From a virus (Duplodnaviria; Heunggongvirae; Uroviricota; Caudoviricetes), in the IMG/VR virus record IMGVR_UViG_3300043119_000732: DNA of 64,000 bases, one strand, 5' to 3'. The position numbers and the translations under genes are program-made. Under the pieces are notes generated by a model. The model did no database searches, was not told the DNA's origin, and saw nothing but the letters and a program-made list of their open reading frames with translations. This document shows, one piece after another, positions 56,160-64,000 of this stretch. Within the stretch, counting starts at the first letter, position 1, and every line of letters starts with the position of its first letter.

Positions 56160-56527
56160 AAACTGAAATTCCCATGAAAACTTATTGCTACGAAGTCTGT
56201 TTTGCTCCATCTGGTTATCTTAATTGTATTAGAAAACTAGAGGTTGAAAAACTTATCACACCTAATTCATTCAATAGATATCTCGCCACGGAAAAGATTG
56301 ATGAGGATAGCTTTAACATTGTTTGTGAAGTCGAACAGTCTTGGGATGGATTTCCATTTGACAAAGACGAGAAATATGATTGTTATGTAGAACGTAATGG
56401 ATATTTCACAAACCTAGAAGCCGCAAAGAAATTTGCCGAGGATATTCTAACTCGAAATATTAGAGAACTCATTGATCGAGCCGAAGAACTAAAACGCAAT
56501 CTTATCTATTACGAAATACAAGGATGA
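56156..56527 (+). CDS. hypothetical protein
   Basis: 123 aa ORF. Confidence 0.4.
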   Translation: MKTEIPMKTYCYEVCFAPSGYLNCIRKLEVEKLITPNSFNRYLATEKIDEDSFNIVCEVEQSWDGFPFDKDEKYDCYVERNGYFTNLEAAKKFAEDILTRNIRELIDRAEELKRNLIYYEIQG

Positions 56528-56868
56528 AAAAGACTTTAAGAGTATATCACGAAAGCGGTTACTGGCATGGTAACGGTTATTATGAAAGGTATAATGCAAA
56601 GGGTATTACCTACCATGCCGAAAAGTTTGATTTCTTTGATATAGATGAAAATGATAATTGGATTAAAGAACTGATTCGTTGGAATCGCTACTATAAAACC
56701 CAAAACGGAAAAAAAGCGGTATTCGTTACTAAAGTTGTATTTTACGACCAACCAGGTAAACCTAGAACAATTCTCATACCTAAACATTGGGCTAAACTAA
56801 TGTGCTTTGTTATAAACTTGTTACCGGAAAATATCAAAAGAAAAAGAAAGCTTTGGTTTGGACTATGA
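56524..56868 (+). CDS. hypothetical protein
   Basis: 114 aa ORF. Confidence 0.4.
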   Translation: MKKTLRVYHESGYWHGNGYYERYNAKGITYHAEKFDFFDIDENDNWIKELIRWNRYYKTQNGKKAVFVTKVVFYDQPGKPRTILIPKHWAKLMCFVINLLPENIKRKRKLWFGL

Positions 56869-57125
56869 AACTATTTACTTCAAGAAAAAAGGTAACACGG
56901 CATCATATTACGATAAGAAAAGACAGGTATGGTAGATGTGACGATACTTGGTGTGAACAGAAACTTTACCGGCAACTCATGTTACATGGTAAAGTAGTGT
57001 TTCAATGGGAGATTGACCACGAAATCGTTCCAGTTTACGCGTGGACCGGATCGGCTTGTTTTGGAGATACTTGTGGATGGGTATCGAAATTTGCTCCATT
57101 TGATGAATATGGAGTATGCAAATAA
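56865..57125 (+). CDS. hypothetical Cys-containing protein
   Basis: ORF 56802..57125. The in-frame ATG at 56865 avoids overlap. Confidence 0.35.
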   Translation: MKLFTSRKKVTRHHITIRKDRYGRCDDTWCEQKLYRQLMLHGKVVFQWEIDHEIVPVYAWTGSACFGDTCGWVSKFAPFDEYGVCK

Positions 57126-57155
57126 ACTATCTAGGAAATTTAATATAATCTTATT

Positions 57156-58328
57156 ATGAAATACTCTACACTTTATAGTCGTACCTCAACAGGTGCTATT
57201 CAGACCTGGTATATAGAAACAGAAGGTGCAAAATACCGTACCGTTTACGGACAGCTTGGAGGTGCTATTCAAACCACAGAATGGTATAATACATACACTA
57301 CCAATGAAGGTAGAGCTAATGCTCGTAATGCAGAAGAGCAAGCAGAGTTTGAAGCACAAGCAATCTTTAAACGCAAGCTTGAATCTGGCTATTGGCTAAA
57401 TATCGATGATATCGATAAGGTTCATTTTGTAGAGCCTATGCTTGCTAAGAATTGGGCTGATAGAAAAGATAAGGTAATGTATCCAGTATGGGTAAATATG
57501 AAGTACGATGGTGCTCGTTCTGTACATGGCATTACTGGCCCGTTTTCGAGAAACGGCAAGCCTTGGAAGACTGCACAACATATCTCAAAAGCACTTCAGC
57601 CAGTGTTTGATAAGTATCCTGATATCATTTTCGATGGAGAGCTTTATTGTCATAAGCTCAATAATAACTTCGAAAAGATAATGAGTCTTATTAAGAAGAC
57701 TAAGCCTACTGTAGCTGATATTGAAGAATCTGCTAATACTATTCAGTATCATATCTATGACATTATTGATACTGTACTTAATTATTCACAGCGTTTAGAA
57801 AAGCTTAATAGTATTCTATCTGAGTGTTTGCAGCCTGGTATAATTAATAATGTAATTTGTATTGCTCCTTCTTATCACTGTAATAATGAAGATGAAGTAA
57901 ATCGCTATTATGAACAGTTTATGGAGCTTGGATATGAAGGGCAGATTATTCGCCTTAATAAGCCATATGAAAATAAACGCTCTTCTAATCTTCTAAAACG
58001 AAAAGATTTCGATGAGAAAGAGTATTATATTATTGATATTGAAGAAGGTGAAGGTAATAAAACAGGTATGTGTGGTCGATTTATCTTGCTAAAAGATATC
58101 GATGATATTAACTACGCTGTTAAGAATTACGGATACAACCATAGTGATATCGATAATAAGTTTAACTCAAATGTAAAAGGCTCTCATGAATATCTAAAGG
58201 AACTACTAGATAATAAACAAACATTTAAAGGTAAGTATGCTAAGGTAAAGTATTTTGGTATTGGTGCTGAAGGTGCGCCAAGATTTCCATACGTTATCGG
58301 TATTAGAGATGGAGTAGGAGTAGATTAA
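57156..58328 (+). CDS. lig: ATP-dependent DNA ligase
   Basis: Motif I MKYDGAR (KxDG). FSRNGK. Motif IV IFDGELY. Confidence 0.7.
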   Translation: MKYSTLYSRTSTGAIQTWYIETEGAKYRTVYGQLGGAIQTTEWYNTYTTNEGRANARNAEEQAEFEAQAIFKRKLESGYWLNIDDIDKVHFVEPMLAKNWADRKDKVMYPVWVNMKYDGARSVHGITGPFSRNGKPWKTAQHISKALQPVFDKYPDIIFDGELYCHKLNNNFEKIMSLIKKTKPTVADIEESANTIQYHIYDIIDTVLNYSQRLEKLNSILSECLQPGIINNVICIAPSYHCNNEDEVNRYYEQFMELGYEGQIIRLNKPYENKRSSNLLKRKDFDEKEYYIIDIEEGEGNKTGMCGRFILLKDIDDINYAVKNYGYNHSDIDNKFNSNVKGSHEYLKELLDNKQTFKGKYAKVKYFGIGAEGAPRFPYVIGIRDGVGVD

Positions 58329-58332
58329 TTTT

Positions 58333-58518
58333 ATGAGAAACCCAAACCGCATACCAATTCTTATTGAGAAGTTTCAAAAGATCTGGACAGCTATGCCTGA
58401 CTTGAGATTCGGTCAGCTATGTGTTATTATCTTTGGATCAGAGGATAAGATGTTCAATATGGAAGATGATGAATTTGAGAAGAGGCTTGATGCTTTTTTG
58501 ACTAAAATATGCTTATAA
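58333..58518 (+). CDS. hypothetical small protein
   Basis: 61 aa ORF. Confidence 0.3.
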   Translation: MRNPNRIPILIEKFQKIWTAMPDLRFGQLCVIIFGSEDKMFNMEDDEFEKRLDAFLTKICL

Positions 58519-58865
58519 AAGAATTTGAAAATGGTGTACTATATGCTTTAATATTAGATGGTACACAGATTAAAACATCTGATCATGCAATTGCGTATGA
58601 TACTAATACATATCTACACGCTGGACTTATTATTGAGTTACATGATACTTTTTTTAGTGTAATGAAAAATAGGTATGGTACTGAAGATAAAAACATACCT
58701 ATTTTTTTACTTGACGATTATTTAAACCATTATAGTAATAAGTTTCAACATAAGTCACCTATATTAGATAATTTTGCATCTACATCAATTGCGGATATAT
58801 TATCCAATCCAGTACCTAAGTATAAATATGCAAATTTAGCAGATATTCTTAAACCACCATTTTAA
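58509..58865 (+). CDS. hypothetical protein
   Basis: 118 aa ORF. Confidence 0.4.
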   Translation: MLIKEFENGVLYALILDGTQIKTSDHAIAYDTNTYLHAGLIIELHDTFFSVMKNRYGTEDKNIPIFLLDDYLNHYSNKFQHKSPILDNFASTSIADILSNPVPKYKYANLADILKPPF

Positions 58866-58866
58866 T

Positions 58867-59448
58867 ATGAAAATAGGAGATATAGTAGTTTATACACAAA
58901 AAGCACCCCGTAGTGAGTTTCCTGAGAACGTACGTGATGGTGTTGTAGTAGATATTGCTCCAAATAATATCTATGTACGACCATATAATTGTAAGTGTAA
59001 TGTTTGCTTTAACCCAAACGAGCTTAGAGTTATACTTCCAGGTAGATTGAGAGAGAGTAAGAAGGTACAACCTAGTAAGCCTAAAAAGTCTAAGATTGAG
59101 AATGAGTTTCAGACATATATGGACTGGAAAGTTGCTGGTAGGTATGTACGCAAAGGTGAAAGATATATGAAACGAAATGAAGATGGTGAGTGCCTTTTTC
59201 ATCGATCACAAACCAATTGCTCAGTAACTGAACAACCCAGAACCTTTAAAAGAAATTGGAGTAGATCTATCGATGATGAGATGTATGAAGATAGTATAAC
59301 AGAACCGACCCCGGTCCGAACTTATTACTCAGACTTTATGGGTGGTAGATCACGTGTTACAGAGTATTCTGACGGCACAACTAAGTCAGATTACTTAGGT
59401 ATGGCAGGTGAAGATGATGTACCTTGTGGTATAAGTCTAGGAATGTAA
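58867..59448 (+). CDS. hypothetical protein
   Basis: 193 aa ORF. Confidence 0.4.
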   Translation: MKIGDIVVYTQKAPRSEFPENVRDGVVVDIAPNNIYVRPYNCKCNVCFNPNELRVILPGRLRESKKVQPSKPKKSKIENEFQTYMDWKVAGRYVRKGERYMKRNEDGECLFHRSQTNCSVTEQPRTFKRNWSRSIDDEMYEDSITEPTPVRTYYSDFMGGRSRVTEYSDGTTKSDYLGMAGEDDVPCGISLGM

Positions 59449-59687
59449 ATAATAATGTGAAGAGATTGCTCTTTAGTATATTGCTTTGTATATCATATAC
59501 TACATACTCACAGGATATGATACCTGCTGACTGGTCAGATATCGTGTATTTTGATAATAATGGTAATGGTTGGGGGCCTGGAGGTAAACCTAGACCCCCT
59601 GTACCTGAACCTGATTCATATGGTATGATTATGTTAGGTATATCTCTAACATATGCTTTATTCTTAAGAAGAATACCTAGAAAGTAA
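59424..59687 (+). CDS. small secreted protein with PEP-CTERM sorting signal
   Basis: N-terminal signal-like LLFSILLCISYTTYS. C-terminal PVPEPDSYGMIMLGISLTYALFLRRIPRK gives PEP, then a transmembrane helix, then an Arg cluster. Confidence 0.5.
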   Translation: MWYKSRNVNNNVKRLLFSILLCISYTTYSQDMIPADWSDIVYFDNNGNGWGPGGKPRPPVPEPDSYGMIMLGISLTYALFLRRIPRK

Positions 59688-59716
59688 TCCTAGGAAATTC
59701 TATAATATAAGGGTGT

Positions 59717-59956
59717 ATGAGATACATATTACTCTTCTTATTTTTAGGTCTTACCGGGGTAGCAATCTGGAAGATCTTTACTAGCGCGGCATTTGACCGT
59801 TTTCTTAGCAATCTTTCAAAGAAAACTGATGCTTCTACAATTCAAAGCGAATTTGATATTGCCAATAAACGTGCTAATAACTATAATAGCACGTTAGATA
59901 AAACACAGCAAAAGATCAATGCTGAAAAACATAGAGTATCAAATATTAAAAAGTAA
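59717..59956 (+). CDS. small membrane-anchored protein
   Basis: 79 aa with an N-terminal transmembrane helix and a charged tail. Confidence 0.4.
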   Translation: MRYILLFLFLGLTGVAIWKIFTSAAFDRFLSNLSKKTDASTIQSEFDIANKRANNYNSTLDKTQQKINAEKHRVSNIKK

Positions 59957-60000
59957 TCAAGGAAATTTTGTAAAATTTTAATTGTTAAATATAATAAATT

Positions 60001-61269
60001 ATGGAACTAAAAAATATAATTAAACTCGCAAGCGTCGGTGCTGTCGTTATTGGTGGTATCCTTGTATTTAGTGGTGCTGTCGGTCATAATGACGACCAAG
60101 ATTGGCAGGTGCTGCAATACCCTAATGGAACGGTTCGAATTATTGATAATCCTGGATGGTATGGTAAATGGTACGGCACTGTCTGGACATACCCTCGTAA
60201 CTGGCAGTTTGAGTTTACGAGGGAGATCACGAATGAGTCTCCTACAGATGAGTCGACTCGTGTAACGTTTAATGACGGTGGTACCGCAGATGTTGATGCT
60301 ATGATTTCATTTGCATCACCCCCTACAGTTGACAATAAGCGTGAATTCCATCGCCGTTTCGGTGGTAATCACGATGCTATTAAGAACTCAGTTTGGGGAC
60401 ATCTTTCAAACGTTCTTAAGGCCTCTGGACCTCTGATGAGTGCATCTGAGAATCAGGCTGCTCGTAAGTCTGAATTTAATAATGTTGCATATGAACAGAT
60501 GAATGCAGGTTTGTATGAGATGCGACGTATTGAACGAACTCTAGATCAGATTGACGAAAAGGGTAACCCAATTAAAGTTCTTGCGACTGAAGTAGTAGTT
60601 GATAAGAATGGTAAACCTATCGTTTCACAAACCTCACCACTCAAACACCTCGGTATTCATGTAACCCAGTTTTCTATTACTGAGACTGAATACGATGAGC
60701 AGACTCGAAAGCAATTTGCACAAAAGAAGGAAGCATTTTTACAGGCAGAATCTGCAAAAGCGCAACGTGAAGGTGAGGTTCAGCAGCGTTTGATGATTAT
60801 CGAGAAGGGTCTTCGTGAGAAGGCTGAGACCGAAGCTAAGTCAAATCGTGAAAAGGCTGAGGCTGTTATTCGTGCTGAGAAAGAAAAACAGGTTGCTGAA
60901 ACTGAAGCTGCAAAGCTCCTATCAGTAGCAAAGCTTGATAAAGAAACTGCTGAGACTGCGGCCATGAAACAGCTTGAAGTGGCACGACTTGAACGTCAGG
61001 CTGCTGAAGAAACGGCTAAACAAGTTATTGAACTTGCGAAAGCTGAAAAGGAACGCATTGCGTTGGGTGGTGCTCTCACAGAAGAGAAGAAGGTACTAGC
61101 TGAGATTGCTGCACGACGTGACGTAGATGTTGCTGCGGCGCTTGCTAAAGTTGCAGTACCAAGTACAGTTATTACTGGTGGTGCTGGAGCTAATGGTAAT
61201 GATGGAGCCAGCGTGAATGAGAACTTAATGAATCTGACCCTGCTAAAGAGTATGGGTATTATTAAATAA
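60001..61269 (+). CDS. SPFH (band 7 / HflK-like) domain membrane protein
   Basis: N-terminal transmembrane helix. The C-terminal Ala/Glu/Lys-rich coiled region (QAESAKAQREGEVQQRLMIIEKGLREKAETEAK…) is typical of HflK/C and prohibitin. Confidence 0.55.
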   Translation: MELKNIIKLASVGAVVIGGILVFSGAVGHNDDQDWQVLQYPNGTVRIIDNPGWYGKWYGTVWTYPRNWQFEFTREITNESPTDESTRVTFNDGGTADVDAMISFASPPTVDNKREFHRRFGGNHDAIKNSVWGHLSNVLKASGPLMSASENQAARKSEFNNVAYEQMNAGLYEMRRIERTLDQIDEKGNPIKVLATEVVVDKNGKPIVSQTSPLKHLGIHVTQFSITETEYDEQTRKQFAQKKEAFLQAESAKAQREGEVQQRLMIIEKGLREKAETEAKSNREKAEAVIRAEKEKQVAETEAAKLLSVAKLDKETAETAAMKQLEVARLERQAAEETAKQVIELAKAEKERIALGGALTEEKKVLAEIAARRDVDVAAALAKVAVPSTVITGGAGANGNDGASVNENLMNLTLLKSMGIIK

Positions 61270-61284
61270 GTTTAAGGTAGTTAG

Positions 61285-61318
61285 AAAGAGACTTCAAGAG
61301 TGATCTTGAAGTCTCTTT
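61285..61318 (+). terminator. hairpin terminator candidate
   Basis: aaagagacttcaaga-gtgat-cttgaagtctcttt, a 15-bp stem. Confidence 0.5.
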
Positions 61319-61342
61319 CCCTGTCATATAATATGAAGACAT

Positions 61343-61663
61343 ATGAATAACGTTGTACAAATTACAGATCAAACATTTGCAGATACTATTAATTATAATA
61401 ATATAGTAGTGATTGATTATTACGCTAACTGGTGTGGTCCTTGTAAAGCCTATAGCCCTATATTTGATAGGGTTGCTAAAGAGTTTATTGGAAGAGCAGT
61501 TTTTGGTAAAATCAATACAGATGAGTTTAGTTTCATGAGTGAACATAATATTCGTTCACTACCCACTACAGTCGTTCTAAAGAACAGACAGGTGGTAGAA
61601 AAGATTACAGGTATAATCACCGAAGAAGACCTACGCAATAATATAACAAAGCATGTATCTTGA
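61343..61663 (+). CDS. trxA: thioredoxin
   Basis: WCGPCK active site. 106 aa. Confidence 0.8.
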   Translation: MNNVVQITDQTFADTINYNNIVVIDYYANWCGPCKAYSPIFDRVAKEFIGRAVFGKINTDEFSFMSEHNIRSLPTTVVLKNRQVVEKITGIITEEDLRNNITKHVS

Positions 61664-62219
61664 AATATCGGGAAGACAATCAGGCAAGACAGAGCGCCTT
61701 ATCGATTTTGCTATCGATAAGGCACGTAAAGGTGATACTGTTTTAATAAGTACGTTTAATATACGTAATGTAAGTACGATAAAAAATCACATACGCAGTA
61801 AAGTAGCTAATGAAAAAATTATTATAGATTGCGGTAATCGCATATATAAAGAAGTTGGATTAATTAGTCTAATAGATATCACTGATAAATGCATCGATAC
61901 TGCTGTTTGTTTTAGAAAATATAAATGGAAGTGTTTTGATGAATTTGATTTTAACTCTTTTATTCGACCAGAATATATTGATAAAAACTGTTATTTCGTT
62001 ACCTCTCCCAAGTATCTCCGTAAGGTAGAAGAAAGAAAACAAACAAATAATAGTGATTTACTTTACCAATTAGTTTTGAAGAAGAAATATCGATATAGGT
62101 GTTTTATAAAGGAGCAAGTGCTAAAGCTACCAAATTTAACTATTAATGAGCGTACAGGTATATGGATGCTAGATAAAAATAATAATCCTATTGAACCTAA
62201 AGAATATACTATAGTATGA
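61653..62219 (+). CDS. P-loop NTPase-like hypothetical protein
   Basis: SGRQSGKTE is a Walker A motif. Confidence 0.4.
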   Translation: MYLEISGRQSGKTERLIDFAIDKARKGDTVLISTFNIRNVSTIKNHIRSKVANEKIIIDCGNRIYKEVGLISLIDITDKCIDTAVCFRKYKWKCFDEFDFNSFIRPEYIDKNCYFVTSPKYLRKVEERKQTNNSDLLYQLVLKKKYRYRCFIKEQVLKLPNLTINERTGIWMLDKNNNPIEPKEYTIV

Positions 62220-62446
62220 ACGATGCAGACTATCCGATTGCAATTATCACAATAAACGAGAAAAGTGATATATCTGTTGATATATCACCTATTCTTTTAC
62301 CACCAGACTCTTTACCTCATATAGTATCACAAGTCTATAAAAAGTTTAGAGATGCATATATACAAAGCGGTCAGCTAAATCAAAAAGATTTAGAAAAGTT
62401 TGAAATGAATGTGATTCAAAGTATTTCAGAAGAGATAATAAAATGA
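62216..62446 (+). CDS. hypothetical protein
   Basis: 76 aa ORF. Confidence 0.35.
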   Translation: MNDADYPIAIITINEKSDISVDISPILLPPDSLPHIVSQVYKKFRDAYIQSGQLNQKDLEKFEMNVIQSISEEIIK

Positions 62447-62757
62447 AAATAGAACCTAGTCAATGCCCGACACTATCAGACTGTGATATTAGGGAGTTAG
62501 TAAGATCACTAGATCAGTTCGATTATGTCAATATATATCACGAACGCACTGAACATAGTGAATGGGAAGTAGAAATCCATAACGGTTCAGTATGCATTAG
62601 AAAATCTAGCGGGTGGTTGTTACGAGCACTATGGGCTGCTGTTCAAGAATCCCAGACTACATGGGAACAAGAATATATTGAACACAACAAAAAAATTAAA
62701 GCTGCACTTAGTAAGCTAACTGCAGAAGATAAAATAATTCTCGGACTAACCAAATGA
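62443..62757 (+). CDS. hypothetical protein
   Basis: 104 aa ORF. Confidence 0.4.
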   Translation: MKIEPSQCPTLSDCDIRELVRSLDQFDYVNIYHERTEHSEWEVEIHNGSVCIRKSSGWLLRALWAAVQESQTTWEQEYIEHNKKIKAALSKLTAEDKIILGLTK

Positions 62758-63428
62758 AAAATCGCATCTACTTCGACATTGAAACTGCTCCATATCTAAC
62801 TGAAAAGCTTGAAAAGCTTATGCCTGAATTTGAGGCTCCATCTAATTATAAAGATGCTTCTAAAATTCAAGCTGCTATAGAAGAAAAGAAGCAGAAATGG
62901 ATTGATAATGCTGCACTTAACCCAATGTTAAGTCATGTTGCAGTTATTGGCTATGAACGTAATAAAGATCTTTACGTTAAAGAGAGTGATAATCGTGATG
63001 ACTATCAAGTAATAAAAGACTTTGTAGATACTTGTAAACAAGGATACAATGGTGAGCTAACTATCGTTGGTTGGAATATTTTTGAGTTCGATCTACCTTA
63101 TATTATTCGTCGTGCATGGAAGCATAAGCTAGATACCTCTCATATACAGCTCCGTAATAACCGTTACTGGCCAGAGTACTTTGTAGATCTCAGAGCAATC
63201 TGGGGTCTTGGACAATATCAGTGTGGTGGTAATCTTGGAGAAGTATCTGAATTCTTTGGTGGTACTGGTAAGACAGGTGATGGTGCAGAGTTTGCTAAAC
63301 AGTATTATGGTACTGAAGAGCAGAAGCAAAAGGCTATCTCTTATGCACTAAATGATGTAGGTATTACCGCTTTTGTAGGTGAGCATATGATCGGTTGCGG
63401 TGTTGATATTAATCCAGCTAAACAATGA
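62754..63428 (+). CDS. DnaQ-like (DEDDy) 3'-5' exonuclease
   Basis: Exo I YFDIETAP. Exo II VGWNIFEFDLPYI. Exo III YALNDV. Confidence 0.6.
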   Translation: MKNRIYFDIETAPYLTEKLEKLMPEFEAPSNYKDASKIQAAIEEKKQKWIDNAALNPMLSHVAVIGYERNKDLYVKESDNRDDYQVIKDFVDTCKQGYNGELTIVGWNIFEFDLPYIIRRAWKHKLDTSHIQLRNNRYWPEYFVDLRAIWGLGQYQCGGNLGEVSEFFGGTGKTGDGAEFAKQYYGTEEQKQKAISYALNDVGITAFVGEHMIGCGVDINPAKQ

Positions 63429-64000
63429 AAAAGAAATACGAATTTACTGGTAAAGAAAAAAACGGCCTGAAACAAATCCGGCGCATTTCCGATGACCTTG
63501 TCGGAGGTTGGATTCAGACTGAATCCAACCTCTCCCAAGAAGGAGATTGTTTCGTCTATGATAATGCCGAGGTCTCCGGTGATGCCGAGGTCTATGGTGA
63601 TGCCAAGGTCTCTGGTAATGCCATGGTCTATGGTAATGCCGAGGTCTCTGGTAAAGCCTGGGTCTCCGGTGATGCCGAGGTCTATGGTGATGCCATGGTC
63701 TATGGTAATGCCAAGGTCTGTGGTAATGCCGAGGTCTATGGTAATGCCTTGGTCTGTGATAATGCCAGGGTCTCTGGTAATGCCATGGTCTATGGTAATG
63801 CCAAGGTCTGTGGTAATGCCGAGGTCTATGGTAAAGCCTGGGTCTCTGGTTATGCCGGGGTCTGTGGTAATGCCTTGGTCTGTGATAATGCCAGGGTCTC
63901 TGGTAATGCCATGGTCTATGGTAATGCCAAGGTCTGTGGTAATGCCGAGGTCTATGGTAAAGCCTGGGTCTCTGGTTATGCCGGGGTCTGTGGTAATGCC
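63425..64000 (+). CDS. hexapeptide-repeat protein (3'-truncated by window end), GC-rich
   Basis: ATG at 63425. Frame open to the window end. About 25 tandem 6-aa units (V-Y/S/C-G-N/D-A-K/E/M). Confidence 0.5.
   Translation, partial: MKKKYEFTGKEKNGLKQIRRISDDLVGGWIQTESNLSQEGDCFVYDNAEVSGDAEVYGDAKVSGNAMVYGNAEVSGKAWVSGDAEVYGDAMVYGNAKVCGNAEVYGNALVCDNARVSGNAMVYGNAKVCGNAEVYGKAWVSGYAGVCGNALVCDNARVSGNAMVYGNAKVCGNAEVYGKAWVSGYAGVCGNA
63561..64000 (+). repeat. 18-bp tandem repeat array, including a perfect 126-bp tandem duplication (63749-63874 and 63875-64000)
   Basis: The 126-mer ttggtctgtgataatgccagggtctctggtaatgccatggtctatggtaatgccaaggtctgtggtaatgccgaggtctatggtaaagcctgggtctctggttatgccggggtctgtggtaatgcc occurs twice with no mismatch. 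Confidence 0.85.

Noticed and set aside
16226-63538. Other short nested ORFs (16226..16480-, 16768..16989-, 17188..17490-, 18131..18325+, 18285..18563-, 19369..19626-, 30239..30481-, 30586..30816+, 30692..30997-, 31394..31594-, 34907..35107-, 35347..35568-, 37421..37618-, 37778..38044-, 38523..38762-, 38946..39203-, 41322..41636-, 43079..43267-, 44478..44663-, 45085..45279-, 45524..45943-, 45559..45834-, 45999..46253-, 46791..46991-, 49192..49494-, 50306..50503-, 50792..50980+, 50893..51288-, 51158..51367+, 51398..51646+, 52240..52461-, 52589..52774+, 52614..52808-, 52873..53289-, 53364..53663-, 54328..54558-, 55216..55437+, 56536..56787-, 57396..57581-, 58849..59202-, 60038..60265+, 60084..60335-, 60780..60965-, 61262..61546-, 61450..61638-, 63129..63329-, 63341..63538-)
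   Set aside because: Each lies inside a longer ORF with clear protein-like features and conserved motifs, on the other strand or in another frame, so it is a shadow ORF.
1-64000. CRISPR array, integrase/attachment site, transposase
   Set aside because: No direct-repeat/spacer periodicity was seen. The only tandem repeats are coding (fiber and hexapeptide repeats). No tyrosine or serine recombinase or transposase motifs were found in any ORF. tRNA genes are present but none is flanked by an integrase.

Overview
This window is AT-rich (about 35% GC) with short intergenic spacers and reads as part of a large tailed-phage genome, probably myovirus-like or jumbo.

Layout along the window:
- 1-18.5 kb: a structural and tail-fiber/baseplate module. 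It includes a large RCC1-repeat fiber carrying a phage tail-collar motif, a second tail-collar protein, a baseplate-J-like protein and repeat-containing fibers. An HNH endonuclease sits inside it.
- 18.9-26.4 kb: a dense RNA-gene island with at least 28 tRNA or tRNA-like genes, many structurally atypical, plus degenerate tRNA fragments, a second HNH endonuclease and a complete tmRNA (ssrA).
- 26.4-35.3 kb: more virion and fiber-like genes. One fiber gene (29865-31658) has a sharply GC-rich mosaic core.
- 35.3-40.2 kb: a cluster of a MoxR-like AAA+ ATPase, a protein pairing a putative metallopeptidase (HExxH) with a von Willebrand factor A (VWA) domain, and a Ro60-like TROVE/VWA protein.
- 40.9-64 kb: an auxiliary metabolism and replication region. 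It holds an IMPDH/GMP-reductase-like enzyme, a YopX protein, a classic AAA ATPase, a Pth2-type peptidyl-tRNA hydrolase, and an NAD+ salvage or reconstitution module. That module comprises a Prs-like PRPP synthetase, a nicotinamide phosphoribosyltransferase, a fused HAD/nucleoside-deoxyribosyltransferase-like protein and another AAA+ ATPase. Downstream are a metallophosphoesterase, an ATP-dependent DNA ligase, thioredoxin, a DnaQ-like exonuclease, an SPFH-domain protein, a small secreted protein with a PEP-CTERM sorting signal, and a 3'-truncated ORF made of 18-bp hexapeptide-type repeats that ends in a perfect 126-bp tandem duplication.

The most interesting signals are: the phage-borne tmRNA together with Pth2 and the aberrant tRNAs; the AAA/VWA/Ro60-like cluster; and a GC-rich structured leader with an intrinsic terminator just upstream of the Prs-like gene.

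All calls come from reading the sequence, recognising motifs and general knowledge of the families named. No database searches were run.
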